Assembly: GCA_020632515.1 (NCBI GenBank)
Contig: JACKFK010000006.1
Span: forward strand, 11,876 to 75,875
Length of the DNA: 64,000 bases
Direction: 5' to 3'
Source: Candidatus Omnitrophota bacterium
Lineage (GTDB): Bacteria; Omnitrophota; Gorgyraeia; Zapsychrales; Zapsychraceae
This document shows positions 1 through 9,670 of this stretch, piece after piece; position 1 is the stretch's first letter; each line of letters begins with the position of its first letter. A model generated the notes under the pieces. That model saw only the letters and a list, made by a program, of their open reading frames with translations, searched no databases and had not been told where the DNA came from. Position numbers and translations under genes: made by a program.

Positions 1-445
1 TGCAACATCTCATGTTTTTGCTGCGTTGCTGCGTAAGGTGGTAGAACGGCATCAACCTATTGAAGTTTGGGGCGATGGGAATGACGTGCGGGATTTAATT
101 TATGTCGGAGATTTTATTCAGGCGATGCTGACAGCTATGGAAAAAGTTGAAGGTTATGAAGCTTTTAATATTGGAGGGGGGCAAGGATATTGTATTCGTG
201 ATCTGTTGCAGCAAATGCTTGAGATTGACGGATATCAGGATGCGGATATTGTGTGTGATCCGTCAAAACCGACGATGATTCCGATCCGGTTGGTGGATAT
301 ATCTAAAGCCAAAAAACAGTTGGGATTTGTCCCGACTGTTGATTTGGAAAGTGGAATTAAAAAAACAATGGAATGGTATCGCTCTTCTAAGATTTTATCT
401 TCTTCGTTAAAAAATAATAAGATATTAGCAATGAATCGAAATTGA
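1..445 (+). CDS. NAD-dependent sugar-nucleotide epimerase/dehydratase, C-terminal fragment (5' end lies outside the window)
   Basis: The frame stays open back to base 2. The tail VWGDGNDVRDLIYVGDF...FNIGGG...ISKAKKQLGF looks like the C-terminal half of SDR-type NDP-sugar epimerases. Confidence 0.6.
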   Translation, partial: ATSHVFAALLRKVVERHQPIEVWGDGNDVRDLIYVGDFIQAMLTAMEKVEGYEAFNIGGGQGYCIRDLLQQMLEIDGYQDADIVCDPSKPTMIPIRLVDISKAKKQLGFVPTVDLESGIKKTMEWYRSSKILSSSLKNNKILAMNRN

Positions 446-2049
446 ATATTATGGAGAATATGATGACAGATACTTTATTACTTGAAAAAGAAGTTCATCA
501 TAAACGAATTCCAACAAAACATGTTGATGTTGTTTTAGTTTATCCCAAAACAGGGATGGATTTTGGTTCAACTATCGCGCCGCCTCATGCGATTTTGGCT
601 TTGGCCGCACCTTTGCGGGAAAAAGGTTATAATGTGCGGGTTTTAGATCAACGTGTTAATCCTCATTGGCGCGAAGAATTGAAAAATATTATTTTGCAGC
701 AACCAATTTGTGTGGGTTTGTCGTCGATGACAGGAACGCAAATCGGATTTGCTGTTGAAGCCGCTAAGATTGTTCGGAAATTTTCTAATGGGAAAGTGCC
801 GATTGTTTGGGGCGGGCCGCATCCATCGAGCATTCCTGATCAAACAGTTCAAAGTCCGTATGTAGATGTTGTGGTGAAAGGGGAAGGTGATATCACTTTT
901 ATGGAGTTGGTTGAACGGTTTACAATGAAGGATTCTATTGAAGATGTTAAAGGAATTTATTATTTAAAGAATGAGAAAGTGATGGCTACATTACCGCGTC
1001 CGATGTTGGATGTGGAAACGTTGTTACCTGTTCCCTGGGATCTGTTGGATGTTGAAAAATATATTCATCGGGATTTTTATCTGAAAGGAACGAGACGGAG
1101 TCTCGATGTTGGACAAACATCGCGTGGGTGTCCTTTTCAATGCGGTTTTTGTTCAAGCGCGTCGCTGCGTCAACGTAAATGGCGGGCAATGTCGGTAGAG
1201 AAGTCTTTGCAATTTATCTTAGAGCCGATAAAGAAATTTAATTTGGACGGAATTTGGATTCGTGATGATGAATTTTATGTTAATCGGATCCGTGCGCAAG
1301 GAATTTGTAAAGGAATTCGGGATAGCGGCTGTAATGTGAAATGGTATACATCCGGAACCCGGGTGGACTCATTTAACCGTGCTACCGAGGAGGAGATTAA
1401 TATTATTAAGATGAGTGGTGCGGATACGCTTAAATTCGGCGCGGAATCGGGATCAAATAGGATTTTGGATTTAATGAAGAAAGGGATTCATTGGGAAGAT
1501 ACTGTCAGGGCGAATTTGAAAGCGAAGAAATACGGCATCATTCCAGTTTTTGCGTTGATGGTTGGTTTGCCAGGAGAAACGTTTGAAGATATTCATGCGA
1601 CAATTGATCTTTGGGTGCGTTTGAAAAAGGATAATCCTAAGGCGCAGTTTGAATTAATTGGTACTTATACGGCGTTACCAGATACGCCTCTTTATAATTT
1701 GGCAATGGAAAGAGGTTTGAAGCCGCCGCAAAAATTGGAAGATTGGCGCGACTGGCTATCAGATGAATATGACCTCGAGGGAAGAAAAATTCCATGGTTT
1801 AATGAAGCAGATCGAAAACGGATTGGTAATATCGCGTATATGAGTTTATTGGCGAATACGGCAATGAACGCCATTGACGGTGTTTCCAATTCATTCATTC
1901 GAGTTATGTTAAAAATAATTTTCTTTCCGGTGAGTCGTTTTGAACGATTTAGATTGAAGCATAAATGGTATACATTTGCTCCAGAGTTACGGCTTTTTAG
2001 ATTTTTTAGAAGATTAGTGTTTTATAAACGGGAAAAAAGTATTCTTTAA
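442..2049 (+). CDS. Class-B (cobalamin-binding domain) radical SAM enzyme
   Basis: N-terminal B12-binding-type Rossmann region (VDVVLVYP...GLSSMTGTQI...VWGGPHPS). Radical SAM cluster motif SRGCPFQCGFC (CxxxCxxC). The track start is TTG at 442; an ATG at 451 is an alternative. Confidence 0.8.
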   Translation: MNIMENMMTDTLLLEKEVHHKRIPTKHVDVVLVYPKTGMDFGSTIAPPHAILALAAPLREKGYNVRVLDQRVNPHWREELKNIILQQPICVGLSSMTGTQIGFAVEAAKIVRKFSNGKVPIVWGGPHPSSIPDQTVQSPYVDVVVKGEGDITFMELVERFTMKDSIEDVKGIYYLKNEKVMATLPRPMLDVETLLPVPWDLLDVEKYIHRDFYLKGTRRSLDVGQTSRGCPFQCGFCSSASLRQRKWRAMSVEKSLQFILEPIKKFNLDGIWIRDDEFYVNRIRAQGICKGIRDSGCNVKWYTSGTRVDSFNRATEEEINIIKMSGADTLKFGAESGSNRILDLMKKGIHWEDTVRANLKAKKYGIIPVFALMVGLPGETFEDIHATIDLWVRLKKDNPKAQFELIGTYTALPDTPLYNLAMERGLKPPQKLEDWRDWLSDEYDLEGRKIPWFNEADRKRIGNIAYMSLLANTAMNAIDGVSNSFIRVMLKIIFFPVSRFERFRLKHKWYTFAPELRLFRFFRRLVFYKREKSIL

Positions 2050-2070
2050 TCTGTATTTAGGAAATTTATT

Positions 2071-3567
2071 ATGATGGATAAAATTATTATCGCCACAGTG
2101 AACTGTAAGAAGGATCTTTATGCCGTGACTGCTGATGAATTTTCCGCAGTGGCGCCCAATATTCAGCTCGGGCTTTTGCATCAATATATCAAAATGAAAG
2201 GTGTTAATGTCCAGATGATTGAGTCGGATGTAGATCGTATTTCAATGGATCATCTGATTGATATTGTGGAAAAAGAGAATCCGGTATTGTTCGGGATTAT
2301 TTGTACAGGCGCAAATCCTTCATCGTCGACCATGCATATGGCCGGAATTGTAGATTTTTATGAGAAGTTTAAGCAGCGCGGGATTAAGGTGAATAATTTT
2401 GTTTGGGGACCGCATCCAACAGTGCTGCCGCAAAGATCGTTGGATGAAACCGGCGCAGATTTTATCGTGAGAGGAGAAGGATATCAAGCCATTGTTGAGT
2501 TATATAATGCTTTAAAAAATAATTCAGACTTTAGTCAGATTGAAGGGCTGTCTTATTATCAATTGCAGGACGATGGGAATTCTAAAGAATATGTGCATAC
2601 GAAAGACGCAGCGCTGGTTAAAGATATGGATACGCTTCCGCTTATTGATTGGGATTTGATGAATCCGAAGAAGTATCGAGCCCATAATTGGCATGCGTTT
2701 GGTGATATTAATAATCGATCGCCGTACGCGATTATCTGGACGAGTTTTGGCTGTCCGTTTCCATGCAATTTTTGTTGTATTAATAATTTGTTTGGGAAGC
2801 GTGTGCAGCGTTTTCGCAGTGTTGACAGTGTGATAGAGGAAATCAGTATTCTGGTTGAAAAACATCATGTTAAGCATTTAAAAATTCTCGATGAGTTGTT
2901 TGTTGTAAATTCTAAGCGGATTAATGAGTTTTGTGACAAGCTGGAAGCAAAAGGTTATGATTTAAACATGTGGGCGTATTCTCGTGTGGATACGATTAAC
3001 CGGGATTTGTTAAAACGTTTGAAAAAAGTTGGTGTGAATTGGATTTCCTATGGGTTTGAATCGGCCACACCGGAGATTTTAAAGCAGGCGGAAAAAGGAG
3101 GTAAAGCGAGTGATAACGTGGATCAGGTAATCCGTATGACGCGGGACGAAGGGGTTTCTATTTGTGCTGATGTCATGTTTGGTTTATGGGATGAAACATT
3201 AGATACCATGAAACGCACGTATGATTTCTTGGTGAATTATAATTTTGAATGGGCCAATGTGTATCCGGTATTTTGTTATCCGGGAACAAAGCTTTATGAT
3301 GAATTGGAAGAAAAACCAACAAATTGGAAGATATATTCGCTTTACGGGTATGAATGCGTTCCGCGGGCCACAAAATATGTACCGGCGCATGAAGTATTAA
3401 AGTTTCGCGACGAGGCGTTTGTCCGATATCACAGCCGTCCGGAATATTTGAGCATGATTGAGAAGAAATTTGGCCTTGAAACGAAAGAACATATTCTACG
3501 GATGTTGGCTAAACCGCTCAAAAGGAAAATTCTGGAGAATGCCGAATGTCTAACCGCGGCAAGGTAA
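2071..3567 (+). CDS. Class-B (cobalamin-binding domain) radical SAM enzyme, paralogue of 442..2049
   Basis: Same architecture as 442..2049 (GIICTGANPS...VWGPHPT, then SFGCPFPCNFC). Only 21 nt separate it from the upstream paralogue. Confidence 0.8.
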   Translation: MMDKIIIATVNCKKDLYAVTADEFSAVAPNIQLGLLHQYIKMKGVNVQMIESDVDRISMDHLIDIVEKENPVLFGIICTGANPSSSTMHMAGIVDFYEKFKQRGIKVNNFVWGPHPTVLPQRSLDETGADFIVRGEGYQAIVELYNALKNNSDFSQIEGLSYYQLQDDGNSKEYVHTKDAALVKDMDTLPLIDWDLMNPKKYRAHNWHAFGDINNRSPYAIIWTSFGCPFPCNFCCINNLFGKRVQRFRSVDSVIEEISILVEKHHVKHLKILDELFVVNSKRINEFCDKLEAKGYDLNMWAYSRVDTINRDLLKRLKKVGVNWISYGFESATPEILKQAEKGGKASDNVDQVIRMTRDEGVSICADVMFGLWDETLDTMKRTYDFLVNYNFEWANVYPVFCYPGTKLYDELEEKPTNWKIYSLYGYECVPRATKYVPAHEVLKFRDEAFVRYHSRPEYLSMIEKKFGLETKEHILRMLAKPLKRKILENAECLTAAR

Positions 3568-5825
3568 TTTTATTTTGCGGCGGTAGTCTGTTTGTTGCGC
3601 TCATTTATATTATTTTAATTGTGCAATCACGCCTGCCCGATGCCCATGACACATTTCAATATCTGCAGCAACAATATATTTATTATAATGAAGTAGTTCA
3701 ACATCGTAACTTACCCAATTGGTTTCCTTATTTAACACATGGCAATGTAGGAAATTATTATTTCAGCACACAACTCACATTGCTCTCACCGGTTTTTTAT
3801 TTATTAGGTTTGCTGTTTTCCAATATTAACTATTATTATTTGTTTTATGCCGGGATTTTTTTTGAAGAGTTGTTTTTCTTAATAGGTATTATTTTATTGG
3901 GATCGCTTTATTATCGTGATCAAAGAACTGTGGCATTTGTGGCGATTGCTTTAGTAGGAAGTAATATCTGGTATCCGCAGATTTTCTGGAATTTTCATCT
4001 TTATTATTTTCTCCCTATCTTGCTTTTCTCCATTCATAAATGGTTCCAAACGAAAAAGATTGTTTATGTATATTTATCATTGATATTTTTCGGATTGTCA
4101 TTTTACGGAAATTTTTTATATTGCTTTATTTTGACGTCGTTTGTTATTTTGAGTTATTTATGTGTTTTATTTTTGGTGAATTTTCGAGAAAATATTCAGC
4201 GTTTGAAAAAAGAATATTTAGGTTATTATTCATCAATAAATGTAAAGAAATTAGGTGTTTTTTTGCTGTTATTAATTGTTTTATTTTTGAGTTTTTATTA
4301 TGTCAAATTCTATGACAGTGAAATTGCCTATTTAGGCGGAGGAAGGGAAAGTTCAGGCCAAGTGAAGTTGGAAACATTTTTGAAGATTGGCGGATATACA
4401 AATTTGAATAAATTTAAGGAAATCTTCACGCGTCGATGGATGGACTTTACACCTGATATCAATTTGTATGCGGGGTTTTTATATGTGCCTTTTGTGATTG
4501 TAGCGTTATTATTCTCTCGAGAGAAATACGCGTATGTGACTGGCGCGGTGGCATTAGTTATTTTTCTTTTCTCGATAGGGAGTTTTGTAGCCAAATCTTT
4601 TTATTATCTTTATCCATTAGGTAAGCTATTTCGTCATATTGGTTTGACAGTCACTATTTTTAAATTATTTAGTGTTTTTTATGCGGGGTTTGGCTTTGAG
4701 ATTTTTTTAAAGAAATTTTCCAAAGATCGTTGGTTTATAATTTTATTGGCAGTTCTACTACTTCCTGTTAGCTGGCTTTCATGGAAAGGATATGGTCTGA
4801 ATACGGATTTTTTATGGTTTGCAGAAGCTGGAGAATTGAAGGTTTTAAAAGTTTTACCGTTGTTTATTTGGATTTCGATGGGAGGGGTGATTGTTGGATG
4901 GCTAGTTATGAAGCTGTCCTTAAAAGCTCATTTGATCTACTTTATGCTATTTCTACTTGCTGTTGATATGTATTCCTATAAATATTCTTTGACTGTTTTA
5001 CGGATGCCTAAAATTGATAAGGAAGTTAAAGCCTTGTTTAAGCCATATGATTATGGTTTTGAATCCCGCAGAATATATAATTCTTTTACTCAGAAAATTA
5101 AGAATTCGCGAATGAAAGTTTATGAACCGCTTTTGTTCATGCCTTATCATGATATGTCAAAATATAATACCATAGACAGTTTTCTGTATGGAGATTCCTT
5201 ATTTTCGTCTTTCCGTACGGATTTCGCGTTAAAACCATTTAAAGATTTTGTTATGGCTGCTAAAGAATATCCGCATAATGACGTATATTTTAAATATGCG
5301 GGCCTGAAAGATTTGAAATTGAGTGTTTTTACAGGGATTAATTATGTGGATAATTTGTCGGATATGCAGGAAATTTTTCAATCAACGGAATTTACGGGAG
5401 ACATGCTTTTTACAACTAAAGAAGATTTACAGCAAGCGGATTTAGTCAATATTGGACAAAAGCAGGAGTTTCAAAGTTTCAAAAATAAGAGCGAGCGAGG
5501 CAAAGCATATGCCGAGATCAAAGAGTTTTCTTTTGATTCATTAAGGATTAATGTCGATATTGAAGAAGAAGGGGCGCAGCCGTACTTTCTTTATTATGCG
5601 GATGTTTATCATCCTAATTGGAAAGCGTATGTTAACCGCAAAGAAGTTCCAATTATTAAAACGAATATCGCCTATAAATCAATTTTGTTACCAGCGGGGC
5701 GATCTGAGGTAGAATTTAGATTTGGACATTCATTTTATACAATTTCCATGGCCTGTATTCTTTCTTTGGGGATTTTGGCTTTAATGGCAACAGGGTATTT
5801 GGTTGTGACAGAATTTCGGAAATAG
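3546..5825 (+). CDS. Large polytopic membrane protein, possibly a YfhO-like GT-C glycosyltransferase
   Basis: About a dozen hydrophobic segments, then a soluble region and one final C-terminal TM helix. The tail YHPNWKAYVNRKEVPIIKTNIAYKSILLPAGRSEVEFRF resembles the YfhO-family C-terminus. Its start overlaps the upstream radical SAM gene by 22 nt. Confidence 0.45.
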   Translation: MSNRGKVILFCGGSLFVALIYIILIVQSRLPDAHDTFQYLQQQYIYYNEVVQHRNLPNWFPYLTHGNVGNYYFSTQLTLLSPVFYLLGLLFSNINYYYLFYAGIFFEELFFLIGIILLGSLYYRDQRTVAFVAIALVGSNIWYPQIFWNFHLYYFLPILLFSIHKWFQTKKIVYVYLSLIFFGLSFYGNFLYCFILTSFVILSYLCVLFLVNFRENIQRLKKEYLGYYSSINVKKLGVFLLLLIVLFLSFYYVKFYDSEIAYLGGGRESSGQVKLETFLKIGGYTNLNKFKEIFTRRWMDFTPDINLYAGFLYVPFVIVALLFSREKYAYVTGAVALVIFLFSIGSFVAKSFYYLYPLGKLFRHIGLTVTIFKLFSVFYAGFGFEIFLKKFSKDRWFIILLAVLLLPVSWLSWKGYGLNTDFLWFAEAGELKVLKVLPLFIWISMGGVIVGWLVMKLSLKAHLIYFMLFLLAVDMYSYKYSLTVLRMPKIDKEVKALFKPYDYGFESRRIYNSFTQKIKNSRMKVYEPLLFMPYHDMSKYNTIDSFLYGDSLFSSFRTDFALKPFKDFVMAAKEYPHNDVYFKYAGLKDLKLSVFTGINYVDNLSDMQEIFQSTEFTGDMLFTTKEDLQQADLVNIGQKQEFQSFKNKSERGKAYAEIKEFSFDSLRINVDIEEEGAQPYFLYYADVYHPNWKAYVNRKEVPIIKTNIAYKSILLPAGRSEVEFRFGHSFYTISMACILSLGILALMATGYLVVTEFRK

Positions 5826-5828
5826 CAG

Positions 5829-7430
5829 ATGATGAAAATTAATCCAACATTATTGGCCTGTATTAGTATATTTTTTTTATGTTTATTGACTTATAGCAAT
5901 AGTCTCAATAACGGATTTTTGATGGATGATAAATTATTTATTTTACCTGATGATAATGTGGCGTCGATGTCCAATATTGAGATTATCAAAAATGGGGCAA
6001 AGGGAATTTTCCGTCCATTAAACTGGATTATTTTAAAGTATGAAATTCTTCTTTCCGGAAAAAATCCTATCGGGTATCAATTATTTAATATATTCTTATT
6101 TTCCATCTTGGGAATAAACTTCTATTTGATTCTTAACCGCCTCACAAAAAATTCATTCTTGGCCTTGATCACAAGTTTGTTGTATGTGGTTCATCCGATT
6201 AATAGTTTTTTGGTGAATTATAAAACTGCCAGCGGGTTGCAGCTGCACATTTTTTTTATGCAGGTCAGTACAATTTTCCTGCTTAGATATGTTGATCACA
6301 AAAAGAAAGTTTTTTATCTATTAAGTTTGTTAAGCTATTTTTTAGGATTTTTTTGTCATGAGATTATTTTTATCCTACCAGTGTATTTATTTTTGATTTT
6401 ATATTTCTTTACTGATTTAAAACTAAAAAAGAAAACGTTGTTATGCGTTGGCTATGCACTACCATTGTTATTTTATATGGGAATTCGTTCCAGCGTCGCG
6501 CAGCGGATTAAGATGGCGAATATTTGGGATTTAGGCATAAGTTTGAACCAATATATCGCGACCATGCAGAAGTTAATTAGCTGGTATTTGAGTAAACTGC
6601 TTTGGTCGCGCGATATAATTTTTACTTGGGATGATCGCGTTGTTCTAGATACTCATCACGTAGTGCATTGGGGGATAATGGGGTTGGTGCTTACTATGCT
6701 TGCTTGGCTTTTGTTGAAGAGAGGGAAGCAGGTATACGCGTTTGCCATATGTTTGTTGTTTTTTGGATTTTTGCCAGCATTCTTAGCGAGCTTTACTTAT
6801 ACGTCGAGTATGAAAACTGTGGCCATTGAACCGCATTGGTTTGGATTCACATCAATAGGATTTTTCTTGTTGTTAGGTTTAGGGGTGAATTTTCTGTGTC
6901 AGCATTGGCGACAAGATATTGCATTTGTAGTCATCTTTTTGATCATTGTTGGATTCGTTGGTTTGACTTATCGAGGAAATGCAGTTTGGAAGAATGCGAA
7001 CACATTCTGTCGTTATTGGCTGAATGTAAACTCAACCAATGGTGCAGCCTGGACTTGTTTAGCCGAGGATTATATCGAACGTCATGACAAGGGAAGGGTG
7101 CAGGAGCAATATTCCTCTTGCCGTGATATTGCATATCTAGGCTGGGCGTATCATACTATAGGTCAGGCGCAGTCAGCGCATGATCTTTATTCGCTGGCCT
7201 TACGGAAAGATCCTCAATGCGTTGTTTCGTTATACGGGTTAGGATTGCTTTATAAGCAATTAAATGAAAAAGAGGCTAGCCGTCAGGTGCTGGCTACGGC
7301 AAAAGAAATAGACAGCTCCTATTATCTGATATATTCACGGCTAGTGGATGTGTTTTCTTTTAATGCAGAGAAAGATGATGCGCGTAAAATTACGCGGATG
7401 TTGCGAAAGATTAACAATCATGAAAATTAA
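5829..7430 (+). CDS. TMTC/PMT-like GT-C membrane protein with C-terminal TPR repeats
   Basis: Motifs YSNSLNNGFLMDD (acidic pair after TM1), GYQLFNIFLF and VHPINSF, followed by many TM segments. The C-terminus carries TPR-like repeats (AHDLYSLALRKDPQCVVSLYGLGLLY). Confidence 0.6.
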   Translation: MMKINPTLLACISIFFLCLLTYSNSLNNGFLMDDKLFILPDDNVASMSNIEIIKNGAKGIFRPLNWIILKYEILLSGKNPIGYQLFNIFLFSILGINFYLILNRLTKNSFLALITSLLYVVHPINSFLVNYKTASGLQLHIFFMQVSTIFLLRYVDHKKKVFYLLSLLSYFLGFFCHEIIFILPVYLFLILYFFTDLKLKKKTLLCVGYALPLLFYMGIRSSVAQRIKMANIWDLGISLNQYIATMQKLISWYLSKLLWSRDIIFTWDDRVVLDTHHVVHWGIMGLVLTMLAWLLLKRGKQVYAFAICLLFFGFLPAFLASFTYTSSMKTVAIEPHWFGFTSIGFFLLLGLGVNFLCQHWRQDIAFVVIFLIIVGFVGLTYRGNAVWKNANTFCRYWLNVNSTNGAAWTCLAEDYIERHDKGRVQEQYSSCRDIAYLGWAYHTIGQAQSAHDLYSLALRKDPQCVVSLYGLGLLYKQLNEKEASRQVLATAKEIDSSYYLIYSRLVDVFSFNAEKDDARKITRMLRKINNHEN

Positions 7431-9054
7431 TGAGATAAAAAATCAGCCTTGGATTTATTTTGTTGGAATTATTATGTTAGGCCTGGCTGTTTATTTTAAA
7501 TCTATTTTTTACGAATTAACATTTCTTGACGATAATGTTTGGGTTCTGGACTATCATTGGTATTTAAAAAATGTTGAAAATGCTTTTAAGCTTTTCGGTC
7601 GGTCAGATTTATTGGCGGAAGTCTTTTATCGGCCTTTATTAAATCTATTATTTTTAATAGATGCGCAAATTTATGGCCAGAAAGTTTATGGGTATCATTT
7701 AACGAATATTTTGATTCATCTTTTGAATGCGTATTTGGTTTTCCTTTTACTTAAAGGGTTGCGCTATTCTGTTTCTTGGGCTTATTTGTCTGCGTTAATT
7801 TTTCTTGTGCATCCGGCTTTGGTTTCTGCGGTTTCCTGGATTCCTGGACGAACAGATTCACTTCTATCGTTATTCGCGTTTTTTTCTTTTATTGCTTTTC
7901 AGAAATTTTGTCAGAGTAAAAAATGGAGTTTTGGTCTGTGGCATTTGTTGGCCTTGACGGCAGCTCTTCTTGTTAAAGAAACAGCGATTGGGCTCCCCTT
8001 TTTTTGTGGGCTGTATGTCATTTTGATTAGAAAAGAGAATGTTTTTGAACGACGATATTGTTTGTTGGAATGTATTTGGCTGGTTATAGCTATCGGGTGG
8101 TTTATCATTCGTAAGAATTTAACTGACCAAAATGATACTATAACTTGGATGATTATTTATCAATCAGTCTTTAATAATTCGTCTGCCTTTGTTACATATT
8201 TGGGGAAAATTATCTTGCCTGTAAATTTGTCGGTCCTGCCGATTATTAAGGATACTCAAATTATTTGGGGATGCGCAGCTATTCTTATGTTAATTAGTGG
8301 TATCGTCTTATCCAAATCAAAGGATTATGGCTATCTTATCTTTGGCTTGTTGTGGTATGTTTTATTTTTATTACCGTCGATGGTTGTCAGTTTTTTGTTT
8401 CATGAGTATCGACTTTATTTGCCGATGATCGGTATTTTTATTGTTTTACTGGAGATCGTAGGAGGGCGGCAGGCGCGGTTATCAAGATGGAAATTTGTTG
8501 TGGTTTTGTTGCTGATAGTTGTCTTTGCTGGGATGAGTTTCATTCGCAGTGACAATTACAAAGAACGGTTTGCGTTTTGGAAAAGTGCCGTTCAAACATC
8601 ACCACATTCTCCATTAGCGCATCGGAATTTAGGGGCCATGTATTTTTTAGTAGATGATTTAGATAAAGCGGAACAGGCTTTTCGTGCTTCGGCTAAATTA
8701 AATTTTAAAGAGCAGATGGTTCATAATAATTTGGGATTGATTTATATGCGCCGGGGAAATTTGGTTAGCGCGGAGAAGGAATATTTGTTAGAAATTAGAT
8801 TTAATCCGACTTATGATAATGTCTACTATAATTTAGGCCTGCTTTATTATATGCAGAAAAAATTTGATCAGGCTGTGCAATCGTGGAAAAAGACGATTGC
8901 TTTGAATCCACTTTATATTGATGCCTATAAATTGTTGGCTGTACATTATTACAATACCCGTAATCTTTCCGCATTATCGTATTATGTTAATCAGCTTAAA
9001 ATGCGGCGTGTTGATTATCCCCTACAGTATGACCAGTTATTGAATCAGCAATAA
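7420..9054 (+). CDS. TMTC/PMT-like GT-C membrane protein with C-terminal TPR repeats
   Basis: Motifs ELTFLDDNVW, GYHLTNILIHLLN and VHPALVSAVSWIPGRTD. Clear TPRs (AHRNLGAMYF, HNNLGLIYMRRGN, YYNLGLLYYMQKKFDQAVQSWKKTIALNP). I prefer the ATG at 7420 (MKINEIK) to the track start at 7348; it overlaps the upstream stop by 11 nt. Confidence 0.6.
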   Translation: MKINEIKNQPWIYFVGIIMLGLAVYFKSIFYELTFLDDNVWVLDYHWYLKNVENAFKLFGRSDLLAEVFYRPLLNLLFLIDAQIYGQKVYGYHLTNILIHLLNAYLVFLLLKGLRYSVSWAYLSALIFLVHPALVSAVSWIPGRTDSLLSLFAFFSFIAFQKFCQSKKWSFGLWHLLALTAALLVKETAIGLPFFCGLYVILIRKENVFERRYCLLECIWLVIAIGWFIIRKNLTDQNDTITWMIIYQSVFNNSSAFVTYLGKIILPVNLSVLPIIKDTQIIWGCAAILMLISGIVLSKSKDYGYLIFGLLWYVLFLLPSMVVSFLFHEYRLYLPMIGIFIVLLEIVGGRQARLSRWKFVVVLLLIVVFAGMSFIRSDNYKERFAFWKSAVQTSPHSPLAHRNLGAMYFLVDDLDKAEQAFRASAKLNFKEQMVHNNLGLIYMRRGNLVSAEKEYLLEIRFNPTYDNVYYNLGLLYYMQKKFDQAVQSWKKTIALNPLYIDAYKLLAVHYYNTRNLSALSYYVNQLKMRRVDYPLQYDQLLNQQ

Positions 9055-9074
9055 GTCAATTTAGTTAAATTATT

Positions 9075-9629
9075 TCATCGCGCATGAAATCCAATTGGTT
9101 TTTTATTTCTTGTGGGTGGTTCAAGTAGTTTTTGGATGGCTGCAAAGACAACTTTAAATTGATAATCATATTTCTTCTCCATTTCTTTAATTTTTTGCTT
9201 AAGATCTTCATGCCCAGCTAGCATTTCTCGCAATTTTGTGAATGTTCGCATGATTTCAATGTTAACCAAAATAGCCCGATCACTATTAAGGACGCTTGAG
9301 AGCATTAGAATGCCATGCTCAGTGAAAACGTAAGGTAAATATTTGCGATGATGTCCGCGCTTTAAGGTCACAGATTGTGACCTTAAAGAATTTGATTCAG
9401 TTTGAATTGGATTCCCAATTTGTGATTTCCAACTTTCAAACTCTGCCTTAGTTAATTGGAACATAAAATCTGCTGGAAATCGTTTTATTTGACGTTTAAC
9501 TGCTTGATTAAGTGCTTTGGTTTCTACTTGGTATAGCGCGGCAAGGTCTTGATCAATCATAATTTTTTTCTTTCTTATAACAAATATTTTATTTTGAATT
9601 ATTTCTTGAGGAATGATTCTTGTTGTCAT
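9075..9629 (-). CDS. ORF6N (KilA-N-type) domain protein, copy 1
   Basis: IMIDQDLAALYQVETKALNQAVKRQIKRFPADFMFQLTK...KYLPYVFTEHGILMLSSVLNSDRAI is the characteristic ORF6N signature. The C-terminus is coiled-coil-like and ends in IGFH. Confidence 0.8.
   Translation of the reverse strand: MTTRIIPQEIIQNKIFVIRKKKIMIDQDLAALYQVETKALNQAVKRQIKRFPADFMFQLTKAEFESWKSQIGNPIQTESNSLRSQSVTLKRGHHRKYLPYVFTEHGILMLSSVLNSDRAILVNIEIMRTFTKLREMLAGHEDLKQKIKEMEKKYDYQFKVVFAAIQKLLEPPTRNKKPIGFHAR
9360..9388. repeat. Perfect palindrome inside ORF6N copy 1 (13-bp arms, 3-nt spacer)
   Basis: CTTTAAGGTCACA-GAT-TGTGACCTTAAAG read directly. It encodes SLRSQSVTLK on the minus strand. Confidence 0.95.
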
Positions 9630-9670
9630 TTTTTACGTCCTTTCATTCATATGGTAAGTTTTATGAAAAA

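Noticed and set aside
7348-7419. N-terminal extension of the second TMTC-like gene in the track
   Set aside because: The extension lies wholly inside the upstream gene and has no family similarity. The ATG at 7420 gives the family-typical N-terminus followed by the first TM helix.
9360-9388. TGTGA/TCACA half-sites suggesting a CRP/FNR-family binding site
   Set aside because: The half-sites are everted (TCACA-N3-TGTGA) rather than TGTGA-N6-TCACA. They also sit inside a coding region, and the paralogues use different cores.
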